This document shows, in pieces, positions 9,975 to 19,480 of a DNA stretch of 64,000 nucleotides. The notes under the pieces were generated by a model, which was not told the origin of the DNA, searched no databases, and saw only the letters and a list, made by a program, of their open reading frames with translations. Each line of letters begins with the position of its first letter. Position 1 is the stretch's first letter. Both the position numbers and the translations under genes were made by a program. The stretch comes from an uncultured Alphaproteobacteria bacterium (GTDB lineage: Bacteria; Pseudomonadota; Alphaproteobacteria; HIMB59): assembly GCA_902616855.1 (NCBI GenBank), contig CACMUL010000001.1, positions 132,137 to 196,136 on the forward strand, in the 5' to 3' direction.

Positions 9975-10813
9975 TTCAAATCCCCCACTATTCCAAGCAC
10001 CAGAAATAAAGAAGAAAAAGTTCCAATCAAAACCCCAAAAATAAAAACTATTGGCATTTCAGTTAAATTGACAGGTGCAAGAAAAACTAGACATAATAAT
10101 GCCAAAATAGTTGTGAAACTTGTCAATATAGTTCTTCGAAGATTTAATTTAATTGAGTTATTAACATTAGTTTCAAAATTATCTTTATTTTCCTCGTTTG
10201 AAGTTAAACTTCTAAGCCGATCAAATAGAACTATAGTATCGTTTATGCTGTAACCTGCAATTAGTAGCAAAGCTGCAATCATTGTTAAATTAAATTCAAT
10301 ATTAAATAATGACATAAAGCCTATAGCTACAAAAACGTCATGTAATAATGCGAATATACCTGATGCTGCAAACTGCCAATCAAACCTTATCCAAACATAA
10401 ACAGCTATTACCAACAAAGAAGATGCTAAAGCATAAATAGAATTTTTTATAAGTTCTTCACTAAAAGTTGGTTCTATATACTCAGAGAGTAATATTTCAA
10501 TATCCGGGTTTTGATCAATTAGATTTTTTATTTCTTCAATAAAAACAGGATTATTATCACCTGACTCTATTCTGATACTGAAAACATCACTGCCAACCTC
10601 TCTTTTAATTAAGACTTCTCTGTCAGAGTCTATAAAATCAAAGTATTCATTAAGCTGATTAGTTGTTAAGTTTGATTTTACCTCAAAGTTCAATCCACCT
10701 TTAAAATCAATTCCTAAATTCAATCCTTTAAAAAAAATAATAATAATTGTTAGTATTATAAGAGTAAGGGAGACTAAATAAGATTTATTTTTAAAAGAGT
10801 AAAAATTAATCAT
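9941..10813 (-). CDS. secF: Protein translocase subunit SecF
   Basis: GLNLGIDFKGG, GYSINDTIVLFDR and multiple TM segments. Confidence 0.93.
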   Translation of the reverse strand: MINFYSFKNKSYLVSLTLIILTIIIIFFKGLNLGIDFKGGLNFEVKSNLTTNQLNEYFDFIDSDREVLIKREVGSDVFSIRIESGDNNPVFIEEIKNLIDQNPDIEILLSEYIEPTFSEELIKNSIYALASSLLVIAVYVWIRFDWQFAASGIFALLHDVFVAIGFMSLFNIEFNLTMIAALLLIAGYSINDTIVLFDRLRSLTSNEENKDNFETNVNNSIKLNLRRTILTSFTTILALLCLVFLAPVNLTEMPIVFIFGVLIGTFSSLFLVLGIVGDLNYEAVLKARDS

Positions 10814-12267
10814 CTTTGAAGTCCAAGGTATTTTATTGAAGTTATATTAATAAATAATTTTAGTATTATGTAAGTAACTATTAGAGAGGATATAATTCCA
10901 ATAATTAAAGAAATAGAAAAACCTCTAATAGGCCCAAAACCAAAAGCAAATAAAAAAATAGCTGCGAATAATGTTGTTAAATTAGAGTCAAGAATAGTTA
11001 CATAGGCAGAATTGAAACCATGATTTTTAGGATCTTCGATATTATGTTTAAAATTTTCTCGAATTCTTTCAAATATTAAAACATTTGCATCTACACACAT
11101 TCCTATTGTTAATACTATTCCAATAACACCAGGTAGAGTTAATGTTGTGTTTAATAAGGACATCATTGCAAAAAGTAAAGACAGACAACTAATAATTGTG
11201 ATAACTGTAAAAAATCCTGAAATTTTATAATAAATAATCATAAAAAGAGTAATAGCTATAAGAGCTATTATTGATGCTATCACTCCCTTCTCTACGCCTT
11301 CTTGTCCAAGAGTCGGGCCTATTTGTTTTTCTTGAATTATTTTTATTTGAGTTGGTAAAGATCCAGACTTTAAAATGATTGCAAGATTATTAGCGGTTTC
11401 ATTTGTAAAACCACCAGATATTTGACCACTACCGCCAGTAATTGACTCTCTTATAACGGGAGCAGTAATTAAAGAACCGTCAAGAACTATTGCAAATCTA
11501 GAACCAACATTTTCAGATGTCATTTTCGCAAAAAGATCTGAACCTTCTTTATTAAAAGAAAAAGCAACGACTGGTTCATTTTGATTATATTGAAGTGACG
11601 CATCTTGAATAAAATCACCAGTTATATTTGGAATTTCTTGAACTCTAACTTGCTCACCTGTTTCTTCATTTATAAAAGTCTTAGAACCAACTATATTATT
11701 TTTTTCTAGGTGCAATGTTAATTTAGCTGTTTTAGAGATTACTTCTTTGACGTTATTATCTAAATCACCAGGTATTTCTAATAAAATTTTATTTAAACCT
11801 ACTTTTTGTATAGATAATTCTTTATTACCAAGAAAATCAACTCTTGACCTTACAATTTCAACTGCATTTAAAGTCATATCTGACAATGATTTATTAAAAC
11901 TTTGTTTAGAAAAAATATAACTATTTTCCTTATCTGATTTTTCATTAATTTCTAAACCTAAATTTTGTATAACAATATTTGTAAGAGCATCTAAATTTTG
12001 GTTTTTAGATATTACAATTTCTCCATTATCTATATCGGATGAAATAGAATAAGTATTTTCAATATATTGAGATGTTTTAACTAAAAGATTGTTAAGATAT
12101 TCTTCCTCATTCAATTCTAGTAAATATGAAAATCCTCCCTGAATATCTAATCCAAAATTAATTTTGCTATCAGATGTTTGACTTTCAAAATTAGGTTTAA
12201 TAAAGATATAGCTTCCTATTAACAGTAATAAAGATACCCATAATCTCCACTGTTTAAAAATAATCAT
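10810..12267 (-). CDS. secD: Protein translocase subunit SecD
   Basis: FGLDIQGG, IGPTLG, GMCVDANVLIFERIRE and ILDSNLTT. Confidence 0.95.
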   Translation of the reverse strand: MIIFKQWRLWVSLLLLIGSYIFIKPNFESQTSDSKINFGLDIQGGFSYLLELNEEEYLNNLLVKTSQYIENTYSISSDIDNGEIVISKNQNLDALTNIVIQNLGLEINEKSDKENSYIFSKQSFNKSLSDMTLNAVEIVRSRVDFLGNKELSIQKVGLNKILLEIPGDLDNNVKEVISKTAKLTLHLEKNNIVGSKTFINEETGEQVRVQEIPNITGDFIQDASLQYNQNEPVVAFSFNKEGSDLFAKMTSENVGSRFAIVLDGSLITAPVIRESITGGSGQISGGFTNETANNLAIILKSGSLPTQIKIIQEKQIGPTLGQEGVEKGVIASIIALIAITLFMIIYYKISGFFTVITIISCLSLLFAMMSLLNTTLTLPGVIGIVLTIGMCVDANVLIFERIRENFKHNIEDPKNHGFNSAYVTILDSNLTTLFAAIFLFAFGFGPIRGFSISLIIGIISSLIVTYIILKLFINITSIKYLGLQR

Positions 12268-12289
12268 TATGTTAATTTAGTTTATTAAG

Positions 12290-12553
12290 CTATTTAGCTG
12301 CTATATCAGCTATCATACCCTTAGCTACTTTGACTTGTACGTTATCTGCTATTTCTACAGAGAGAGTACCATCATCATTTACATAATGGATGTTGCCTAT
12401 AATTCCGCCTTGGGTCACAACTCGATCACCTTTTTTTAAATTTGCGATCATATTTTTGTGATCTTTTAATTTCTTTTGTTGGGGCCTAATAAGTAAAAAG
12501 TAGAAAACGACAAAAATTAATATAAGTGGTAGAATTCCTGCAAGTTGTTCCAT
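12290..12553 (-). CDS. yajC: Preprotein translocase subunit YajC
   Basis: FYFLLIRPQQKK and LKKGDRVVTQGGI; upstream of secD. Confidence 0.95.
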   Translation of the reverse strand: MEQLAGILPLILIFVVFYFLLIRPQQKKLKDHKNMIANLKKGDRVVTQGGIIGNIHYVNDDGTLSVEIADNVQVKVAKGMIADIAAK

Positions 12554-12622
12554 GATTTAAATCCTTTAAATTAATAAAATAAGCACTAAAATCTCACAAT
12601 CATCAATGAAGTCAACATAAAA

Positions 12623-13381
12623 TTGAAAAATAAATATTTACACTGCTGGAATAGATCAAAAAATTCTTTAGATAAAATACCATTCAATAAAGTCCTTGAT
12701 TTAAAGCTTTTGTATGGTGTTGATCAACAAATAAAAAAAATAGAGGAAAATACAAAAAACTTTTTAGAGGGTTTAGCTTTTAATCATGGTCTTTTATGGG
12801 GTGTACGTGGAAGTGGCAAAAGTAGTATTATAAGAGGTATATTAAAAAATTATGCTCATAAATATGATAAATTTGAAACATTAGAAATTAATAGTGAAGA
12901 TTTATCAGATTTACCAAATATTTTTTTAAATTATAAGTTCACAAAAAAAATCATAATATTTATTGACGATCTATCATTTGAACAAAATGATAGGAGGTAT
13001 ATTCAATTTAAATCGTTTCTTGAAGGATCTTTTTACAACTCAAACTACGAATTTCTAGTATATGTCACAAGTAACAGAAGGCATTTAATGAAGAGAGATA
13101 TGTTAGATAATGAGAGATCATCTGCTATATCTCAAGATGAGGGGATTGAAGAAAAATTATCTTTATCTGATCGATTTGGATTATGGATTAGTTTTCATAA
13201 CTTAAGTAAGAAAGATTTTATCTTAATAATTAAAAATTATTGTAAATTTTATAAAATAGAATTTGATAATGAGATTGAAAATAGTGCACTCAAATGGATC
13301 TTTTCAAGAGGAAATAGAACAGGTAGGTCTGCTTACCAATTTTTTAAATATTATTGTTCCAGTAAGAGTATAATTATTTAG
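12623..13381 (+). CDS. DUF815-family AAA+ ATPase
   Basis: Walker A GVRGSGKS, FIDDLSFE, TSNRRHL and EEKLSLSDRFGL; divergent from yajC as in many alphaproteobacteria. Confidence 0.85.
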   Translation: MKNKYLHCWNRSKNSLDKIPFNKVLDLKLLYGVDQQIKKIEENTKNFLEGLAFNHGLLWGVRGSGKSSIIRGILKNYAHKYDKFETLEINSEDLSDLPNIFLNYKFTKKIIIFIDDLSFEQNDRRYIQFKSFLEGSFYNSNYEFLVYVTSNRRHLMKRDMLDNERSSAISQDEGIEEKLSLSDRFGLWISFHNLSKKDFILIIKNYCKFYKIEFDNEIENSALKWIFSRGNRTGRSAYQFFKYYCSSKSIII

Positions 13382-14633
13382 AGATTTTATCTAAATTCGC
13401 CATGTACGGTTTCAGGACCTGTGGAATACTAATACTACCATCCTCATTTTGATAGTTTTCCAAAATTGCTATTAATGTCCTCCCCACTGCTAGACCAGAT
13501 CCATTTAAAGTGTGAACAAATTTATTTTGATCTGAGTCTTTATAACGAGCATTCATTCTCCTAGCTTGAAAAGAATTACAATTACTACAAGAAGATATTT
13601 CTCTATATTTTCCCTCGCCAGGTAACCACACTTCAATATCATAAGTTTTTTCTGCAGAAAAACCCATATCACCAGAAGATAATAAAATAACTTGGTAAGG
13701 AATTTTTAAATCATCTAGTATAGAAGTTGCACAACTTAACATTCTTTCCAACTCTATCTCCGACTCATCCTCTTTAGTTATGCTAACTAATTCGACTTTA
13801 GAAAATTGATGCTGTCTTATCATACCCCTTGTATCTCTTCCTGCTGCTCCAGCTTCAGATCTATAACATGGTGTCCAAGCTGTGTACCTCAGGGGCAAAT
13901 TTTTATCAGATACGATTGTATCTAATACTAAATTAGTCAAAGGTACCTCAGCTGTTGGTATCAACCAATGATTTGTGTTAGTTTTAAATAAATCTTCTGA
14001 AAATTTTGGCAATTGCCCAGTTCCATAAGCTGCAGCATCTCTAACTAAGTTAGGTGGATTAATTTCTGTATAATTAAATTCATTTGTGTGTTTATCCAAC
14101 ATATAATTAGCTATAGCTCTTTCTAGTTGAGCTATCTTTTTCTTTAAATATACAAACCGTGTACCTGATACTTTCCCAGCTTGCTCAAAATCAATCATTT
14201 CTAAATTCTCTCCAAGTTCATAGTGGGATTTCGGTGTAAAACTAAATGAAGGAATTTTTCCGACTTGTTTTATTAATTTGTTTGAGGTTTCATCTTTTCC
14301 CACAGGTACATCTTTATGTGGGAGGTTTGGCAGACTAGATAAATTATTTTTTAATTGCTCATTTATTATTGAAATATCGTTTTCTAGTTCATCAATCTTG
14401 TTTTTAATTAATTGTACCTTTTTTTGTAAATCAGCTTTATCACTGACGTTAAGATTTGCAAAAGAAGATGATAAATTCTTTCTCTCTGCTCTTAATTCTT
14501 GAGATTTAGTTAAAATGTCTCTTTTTTTTTTATCAAGAGAGATAATTTCATTTGATTTTGGATCAATAAATCTCTTTTTTAACAATTCATCAAATAAATC
14601 AGGATTTTCTCTTATAAAAGTAATATCATGCAT
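13374..14633 (-). CDS. serS: Serine--tRNA ligase
   Basis: LIPTAEVPL, RSEAGAAGRDTRGMIRQHQF, EISSCS and HTLNGSGLAVGR. Confidence 0.97.
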   Translation of the reverse strand: MHDITFIRENPDLFDELLKKRFIDPKSNEIISLDKKKRDILTKSQELRAERKNLSSSFANLNVSDKADLQKKVQLIKNKIDELENDISIINEQLKNNLSSLPNLPHKDVPVGKDETSNKLIKQVGKIPSFSFTPKSHYELGENLEMIDFEQAGKVSGTRFVYLKKKIAQLERAIANYMLDKHTNEFNYTEINPPNLVRDAAAYGTGQLPKFSEDLFKTNTNHWLIPTAEVPLTNLVLDTIVSDKNLPLRYTAWTPCYRSEAGAAGRDTRGMIRQHQFSKVELVSITKEDESEIELERMLSCATSILDDLKIPYQVILLSSGDMGFSAEKTYDIEVWLPGEGKYREISSCSNCNSFQARRMNARYKDSDQNKFVHTLNGSGLAVGRTLIAILENYQNEDGSISIPQVLKPYMANLDKISK

Positions 14634-14644
14634 GACAATTTCTA

Positions 14645-15415
14645 TTAATTATTCTCATCCTTATTAATCTGTCGCTTAGCCATAAATTTAGATACAAGGA
14701 TAGATATTTCATACAAAATTATTATAGGTAACGCTAGAGAAATTTGTGAAAATGGATCAGGTGGTGTTACTATTGCAGCAAATACAAATGACAAAACAAT
14801 TGCATATTTTCTAAATGAAATTAATTGACTTATAGTGAGCACACCAAATTTAACAAGTAAAAGTAAAATAACGGGTAATTGAAAAGCAAGTCCAAAAGCA
14901 AAAATAAATGTCATCATAAGTGACAAATATTCATTCATTTTTGCTTGAAGAGTAATATTGATACCGTCTGCTTGTGAGGTTTGAAAACTTAAAAAAAACT
15001 TCCAAGCTATGGGTGATATCACGTAATAGACAACAGCGGCACCTAAAACAAACAAAAATGGGATAGCAATTAAAGTTGGTAATGAAATTTGTTTCTCTTT
15101 TTTAAGTAATCCTGGGGATACAAAAGACCAAATCTGAATAGATAAAAAAGGAAATGAAATAAAAGCGGCTGTAAAAAAAGCAACTTTAACGTTTGTTAAA
15201 AAAGCCTCTTGAAGAGCTGTATAAATTAATCCATTGCCATCTCCTAAGATTGAAGTTAACGGTTTAGCTAGGAATTCAAATATTGATTGAGAAAAATAAA
15301 AAGAAACTATAAATGCAATAATGAAAAAAATTATGACATAAATTAGTTTTTGTCTTAGTTCCTTTATATGATCGAAGAAATTCATTGAACTTTCAACTTC
15401 GGTCATTTTTTTCAC
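14645..15415 (-). CDS. tatC: Tat translocase subunit TatC
   Basis: DHIKELR, FVSPGL, GLAFQLP and TPPDPFSQ. Confidence 0.95.
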   Translation of the reverse strand: MKKMTEVESSMNFFDHIKELRQKLIYVIIFFIIAFIVSFYFSQSIFEFLAKPLTSILGDGNGLIYTALQEAFLTNVKVAFFTAAFISFPFLSIQIWSFVSPGLLKKEKQISLPTLIAIPFLFVLGAAVVYYVISPIAWKFFLSFQTSQADGINITLQAKMNEYLSLMMTFIFAFGLAFQLPVILLLLVKFGVLTISQLISFRKYAIVLSFVFAAIVTPPDPFSQISLALPIIILYEISILVSKFMAKRQINKDENN

Positions 15416-15695
15416 CTTTCATTATTTCATCATTACTTTTTTCAATAAATTCGTCTAATTCTTTTCCTTCTTTAACAATTGACTCTTTTGTATCTAAAAT
15501 ATCCTTTTTAATATCTTTCACCTCCTCTAAATGAGATATCTCATTTACAGTAGATTTAAACTCTCTAGAAATTTTTCCTAGACCTGAGGTTATTCCTTTA
15601 ATAAATTTAATTACAGTTGGTATTTCCTTAGGTCCTACAACTATTACAGTTATGATTAGGATGATGGATATCTCCATCCAACCTAAAGAAAACAT
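15393..15695 (-). CDS. tatB: Tat translocase subunit TatB
   Basis: MFSLGWMEI...VVGPKEIP; lies between tatA and tatC. Confidence 0.9.
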   Translation of the reverse strand: MFSLGWMEISIILIITVIVVGPKEIPTVIKFIKGITSGLGKISREFKSTVNEISHLEEVKDIKKDILDTKESIVKEGKELDEFIEKSNDEIMKGEKNDRS

Positions 15696-15889
15696 TACTG
15701 GTCCTTATTTTGATTGTCTTTATTGTCTTGATCTGGGTTAGCAGGTTTTTCATCTTCAGCCATGTTGCTCTTGAAAGACTTAATTCCTTTTGCCATATCT
15801 GCCATTAAAGATGGTATTTTACCTTTTCCAAATAATAAAAGAACGATAATTAAAACAATTATCCAATGCCATATGCTAAATGTACCCAT
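15695..15889 (-). CDS. tatA: Tat translocase subunit TatA
   Basis: [18 protein letters not shown]...KGIKSFK. Confidence 0.95.
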   Translation of the reverse strand: MGTFSIWHWIIVLIIVLLLFGKGKIPSLMADMAKGIKSFKSNMAEDEKPANPDQDNKDNQNKDQ

Positions 15890-15917
15890 TTTTGTAATCT
15901 ACTACATTATTGATGTC

Positions 15918-16964
15918 TTATCTAGGAAAAATAAATACGTGGTTTAGATCTAGTGAAAAAGAAACTGAACTAGCAGGAGCAGGTAAAAACTCTCCAATTA
16001 ACTTGCTATGTATGTGGTGTTTTTTATTATTGCTATCATTCACTGTCATATGAATCATGGCGCTATTTCCAAGAAATTTAGAGTCAACAACAACTCCTGA
16101 GTTAGGACTTGTCAAAGGAGACTTTTCAACATTCAATTTAATAGCCTCAGGTCTAACTACTACATTTACTTGTTGGTTATCTTTAAAGTCTTTTGTATCT
16201 AGTATACCTAAAGGAGTTTCACATTTATTATTTAAAATCTTTGTCTTAAAAATATTAACCTCTCCAAACAAAGAGGCAACATAAACATTAGAAGGATTAA
16301 AGTATATTTCACGAGGTTTTCCTATCTGAACTATTCTTCCCTTTTCCATTACAATAATAACATTGCTAAGAAACATAGCCTCTTCGGCATTGTGTGTTAC
16401 TACAATAGCAGAGGAGTCTAAGCTATTGATTAAGTGCAGTGTGTCATCAATAATTTCCTTTTTTAAATTAGTATCTAAATCAGAAAAAGGTTCATCTAAA
16501 AGTAATAGTCGTGGTTGAACAGCTATTGACCTTGCTAATGCTACTCTTTGCTGTTCTCCTCCACTAAGAGCATAAGGATATTTATCCAGAAAATTTTCAA
16601 CTTTCGCTAATTGTATTACTTGTTCAATCAACTGTTTTTTATTTACTTTAGTGCTTGCTGCAAAACTAATATTTTCTTTTACGTTCATATGAGGAAATAA
16701 TGCAAAGTCTTGAAAAACGTAAGAGATTGATCTTTGCTCTGGGGGAGTATTAAATTTTTCATTTGCAACTACTTTACCCTCAAAAGATATTTGCCCCTTT
16801 TGAATTTCTTCCAAACCAGCTATTAATCGAATTAAAGTAGTTTTTCCACAGCCGGAGGGACCCAAAATGGACACAATCGAATTATGCTCTATTGAAAAAC
16901 TAAGTTTATTTATAGCATTTATCTCACCGAAAGAATGGTGAAGATCTCTCACATCAAGTATCAT
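15918..16964 (-). CDS. ABC transporter ATP-binding protein (FbpC/PotA-like, TOBE C-terminus)
   Basis: GPSGCGKT, VFQDFALFPH, LSGGEQQR and LLLDEPF. No adjacent permease. Confidence 0.88.
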   Translation of the reverse strand: MILDVRDLHHSFGEINAINKLSFSIEHNSIVSILGPSGCGKTTLIRLIAGLEEIQKGQISFEGKVVANEKFNTPPEQRSISYVFQDFALFPHMNVKENISFAASTKVNKKQLIEQVIQLAKVENFLDKYPYALSGGEQQRVALARSIAVQPRLLLLDEPFSDLDTNLKKEIIDDTLHLINSLDSSAIVVTHNAEEAMFLSNVIIVMEKGRIVQIGKPREIYFNPSNVYVASLFGEVNIFKTKILNNKCETPLGILDTKDFKDNQQVNVVVRPEAIKLNVEKSPLTSPNSGVVVDSKFLGNSAMIHMTVNDSNNKKHHIHSKLIGEFLPAPASSVSFSLDLNHVFIFPR

Positions 16965-17604
16965 TATTTTGCGTTAATTGACTTTTTGAAAACTCATCAA
17001 GAGTTTCAGCTTGATCGTCATCATCTATGAAGGCTTCATCCTTATTTAAATCATCTGAAACCTCTTGGATATTCATTGAAGCAAAATTTTCATCCAATAT
17101 TCCAGAGTTTTTCATTTCCTCTATCCCAGGAAGATTATCTAATGTGCCTAAACCAAAATGTAAAAGAAAGTCTTCAGTAGTGCCCCAAAGAATAGGTCTA
17201 CCTGGAACTTCTTTTCGACCTCCTGGTGCTATCCAGCCAAACTCCATTAATTGATCAAATATTCCTTGCCCTATCACAACTCCTCTAATGCTTTCAATTT
17301 CTGATTTTGTTATAGGTTGATGATAAACAACTATAGCCAATGTCTCTATTGCTTGTTTTGAAAGTCTCTTTTGTATTTCTTTTTTTTCATGAAAGATCTC
17401 ACTGACTTCTGTATTTGTTAAGAAAATCCACTTATTTGATATTTTTTTTAAATTTATACCTCTATGTTGATAAGCGGTTTCTAAATTAGACATGACTTCA
17501 GAAATATCCTCATGAATATCCAGTCTTTTTTTAATTTCATTTTCTGAAACTGGCTTACTTGATGCAAATATTAAAGCTTCAATTTTTTGTGAAGTTTCAC
17601 TCAT
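16954..17604 (-). CDS. scpB: SMC-Scp complex subunit ScpB
   Basis: IEALIFAS, ETLAIVVYHQPITKSEIESIRGV and TTEDFLLHFGL. Confidence 0.93.
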   Translation of the reverse strand: MSETSQKIEALIFASSKPVSENEIKKRLDIHEDISEVMSNLETAYQHRGINLKKISNKWIFLTNTEVSEIFHEKKEIQKRLSKQAIETLAIVVYHQPITKSEIESIRGVVIGQGIFDQLMEFGWIAPGGRKEVPGRPILWGTTEDFLLHFGLGTLDNLPGIEEMKNSGILDENFASMNIQEVSDDLNKDEAFIDDDDQAETLDEFSKSQLTQNNDT

Positions 17605-18331
17605 CTTTTTTTAAATATATATCAGAAAATGGTAAAGATTGCTTAATTACTATTTTTTTTTCTTCATTTTTATCTTCTTTTGCCATGTGAAGGCTGGCAT
17701 TAAATGTGCTAGAAAAAAATGATTTATTCAAAATATCCGATTTTAAATTATTAGGTAGTAAACTCTTCAATGTAAACCAATCTTGGTTAGATAAAATTTC
17801 CTTAGAAATTATGTTTTGACCATCCTTAATCGTAAATAATTTAGTAGAGCTAAACTTTAAAGTATATTGTTGATTTCTTTTATGAATATTTGCATAAGCT
17901 TTTAAAAGATCAATAAGCTTGTCTTTAATTACAAAGTTTTTTTCAATTTTTAATTTATGTTTTTGTGTATTTGGAAAGAATTCCTGTTTGAATTTAGGAA
18001 GCTCGAATAACTTAATACTATTTTTATTTACAAGTTCTAATATCGTTAATCGATTTGTAAGAAATCTTGTTACTTTTTTAACATCCTCTTCTTTGTCTTT
18101 ATTAACTAGGTATTTAGATTTTAAAAAAACCATAATAGCAGCCATTAGTAAATATTCTGATGCTATCTCTATGCTAACCTTTTTTAAATCTACAATAAAA
18201 GCAATATATTGGTTACAAAGACTAAGTATTGGTAGATTTTTTAAATCAAATTTATTTTTATGAACAAGTTCTAAAAGAACATCTAAAGGTCCATTGTAGT
18301 CTTTAATATCTATATTTAGGTTAGAATCCAT
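17597..18331 (-). CDS. scpA: Segregation/condensation protein A
   Basis: YNGPLDVLLEL and ASEYLLMAA...KS; next to scpB. Confidence 0.88.
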   Translation of the reverse strand: MDSNLNIDIKDYNGPLDVLLELVHKNKFDLKNLPILSLCNQYIAFIVDLKKVSIEIASEYLLMAAIMVFLKSKYLVNKDKEEDVKKVTRFLTNRLTILELVNKNSIKLFELPKFKQEFFPNTQKHKLKIEKNFVIKDKLIDLLKAYANIHKRNQQYTLKFSSTKLFTIKDGQNIISKEILSNQDWFTLKSLLPNNLKSDILNKSFFSSTFNASLHMAKEDKNEEKKIVIKQSLPFSDIYLKKDE

Positions 18332-19337
18332 TAATTTTTAACAATTGATTATACAATTCATGATAGTGATTAATATTAATAGATTTAAAGTCTAATTTTT
18401 TCTTATATTGCTGAAGTTTATTGGATTTATGAACATTTACATAATTATTTGAAACATTAAACGAATTTATAATTTCACTATATTTATCCAAATCAGAGCT
18501 ACAATCTAAAATAACATCTAATTTAGAAAAGTTAGCTAACTTAATAGCATCTTTAATATTATAAATATTAGCATTCATTTCTAGATCATCAGATATAATT
18601 AAACCTTTGAACCCAATTTTTTTTCTAATGATGTTATCAATAATATAACTTGAAAAAGTTGCGATGTTATTTTTATCCCACGACAGATATTTAATATGTG
18701 CAGTCATTGCTAAAGGTATTTTATTAAAATATTTAAATATTTTAATGTGGTCTTGAAGAGAGGATTTACTTAATTTTGTTATTGGCAAAGTTAAATGTGA
18801 GTCTTTATCCGTTACACCATGACCTGGGATATGTTTCATTATTGGAATTAGTCCAAAGTAACTTAAATTATCTATTAATATTTTCTGCAAAATTATATTG
18901 ACATTAATATTTGGTCCAAAAGTTCTTTTTTTAATCATTAAGATTGTATTTTTAATTGGTAAATCTAGGACTGGAACAGTGTTAATATCAAAATTTAGTT
19001 TTTTTAGATAATACGATGTTATGAAGGATTTCAAAAAAACTAACTGCTTTGATAAAGAAGGGTATCTTAAATAAATTTTATAAAGCTCAAAATTATCTAA
19101 AAAATTAAATTCTTTAAATTTTTTAAATCTATTTACAATGCCACCCTCTTGATCAATAAATATTAATGTATTTTTACTTAATAATTTAATTGATTCATTT
19201 AACTTTGATATTTGAGGAATATTACTGATATTTCTTGCAAAAATTATTACCCCAAAAGGTTTTATCTTCGAAATAAAATTTTTTTCTTGTTTAGATAAAG
19301 AAATACTTTTAATGGATATAATTATTGGAAAGTTCAT
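18321..19337 (-). CDS. nagZ: Beta-N-acetylhexosaminidase (GH3)
   Basis: IIFARN, IDQEGG, KHIPGHG...DSH and ISDDLEM. Confidence 0.88.
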   Translation of the reverse strand: MNFPIIISIKSISLSKQEKNFISKIKPFGVIIFARNISNIPQISKLNESIKLLSKNTLIFIDQEGGIVNRFKKFKEFNFLDNFELYKIYLRYPSLSKQLVFLKSFITSYYLKKLNFDINTVPVLDLPIKNTILMIKKRTFGPNINVNIILQKILIDNLSYFGLIPIMKHIPGHGVTDKDSHLTLPITKLSKSSLQDHIKIFKYFNKIPLAMTAHIKYLSWDKNNIATFSSYIIDNIIRKKIGFKGLIISDDLEMNANIYNIKDAIKLANFSKLDVILDCSSDLDKYSEIINSFNVSNNYVNVHKSNKLQQYKKKLDFKSININHYHELYNQLLKINGF

Positions 19338-19480
19338 TTTATAAAATCAAACTCATCAGCAGTAATAGTTATAAAATTATCAAAAAAAATATACTTCAAG
19401 TAATTATCGAAAAACAGATAGGAAAATAATAAAATCAGTATTAGAAAAAAAATAATTATTAATATTTTTAAATTTTTCAC
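19334..19480 (-). CDS. Unannotated 48-aa single-pass membrane protein in the ftsN position (candidate minimal FtsN)
   Basis: GTG..TGA ORF MKNLKILIIIFFLILILLFSYLFFDNYLKYIFFDNFITITADEFDFIK. It overlaps the argS stop (GTGA) and the nagZ start (ATGA), filling the gap exactly. Confidence 0.7.
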   Translation of the reverse strand: MKNLKILIIIFFLILILLFSYLFFDNYLKYIFFDNFITITADEFDFIK

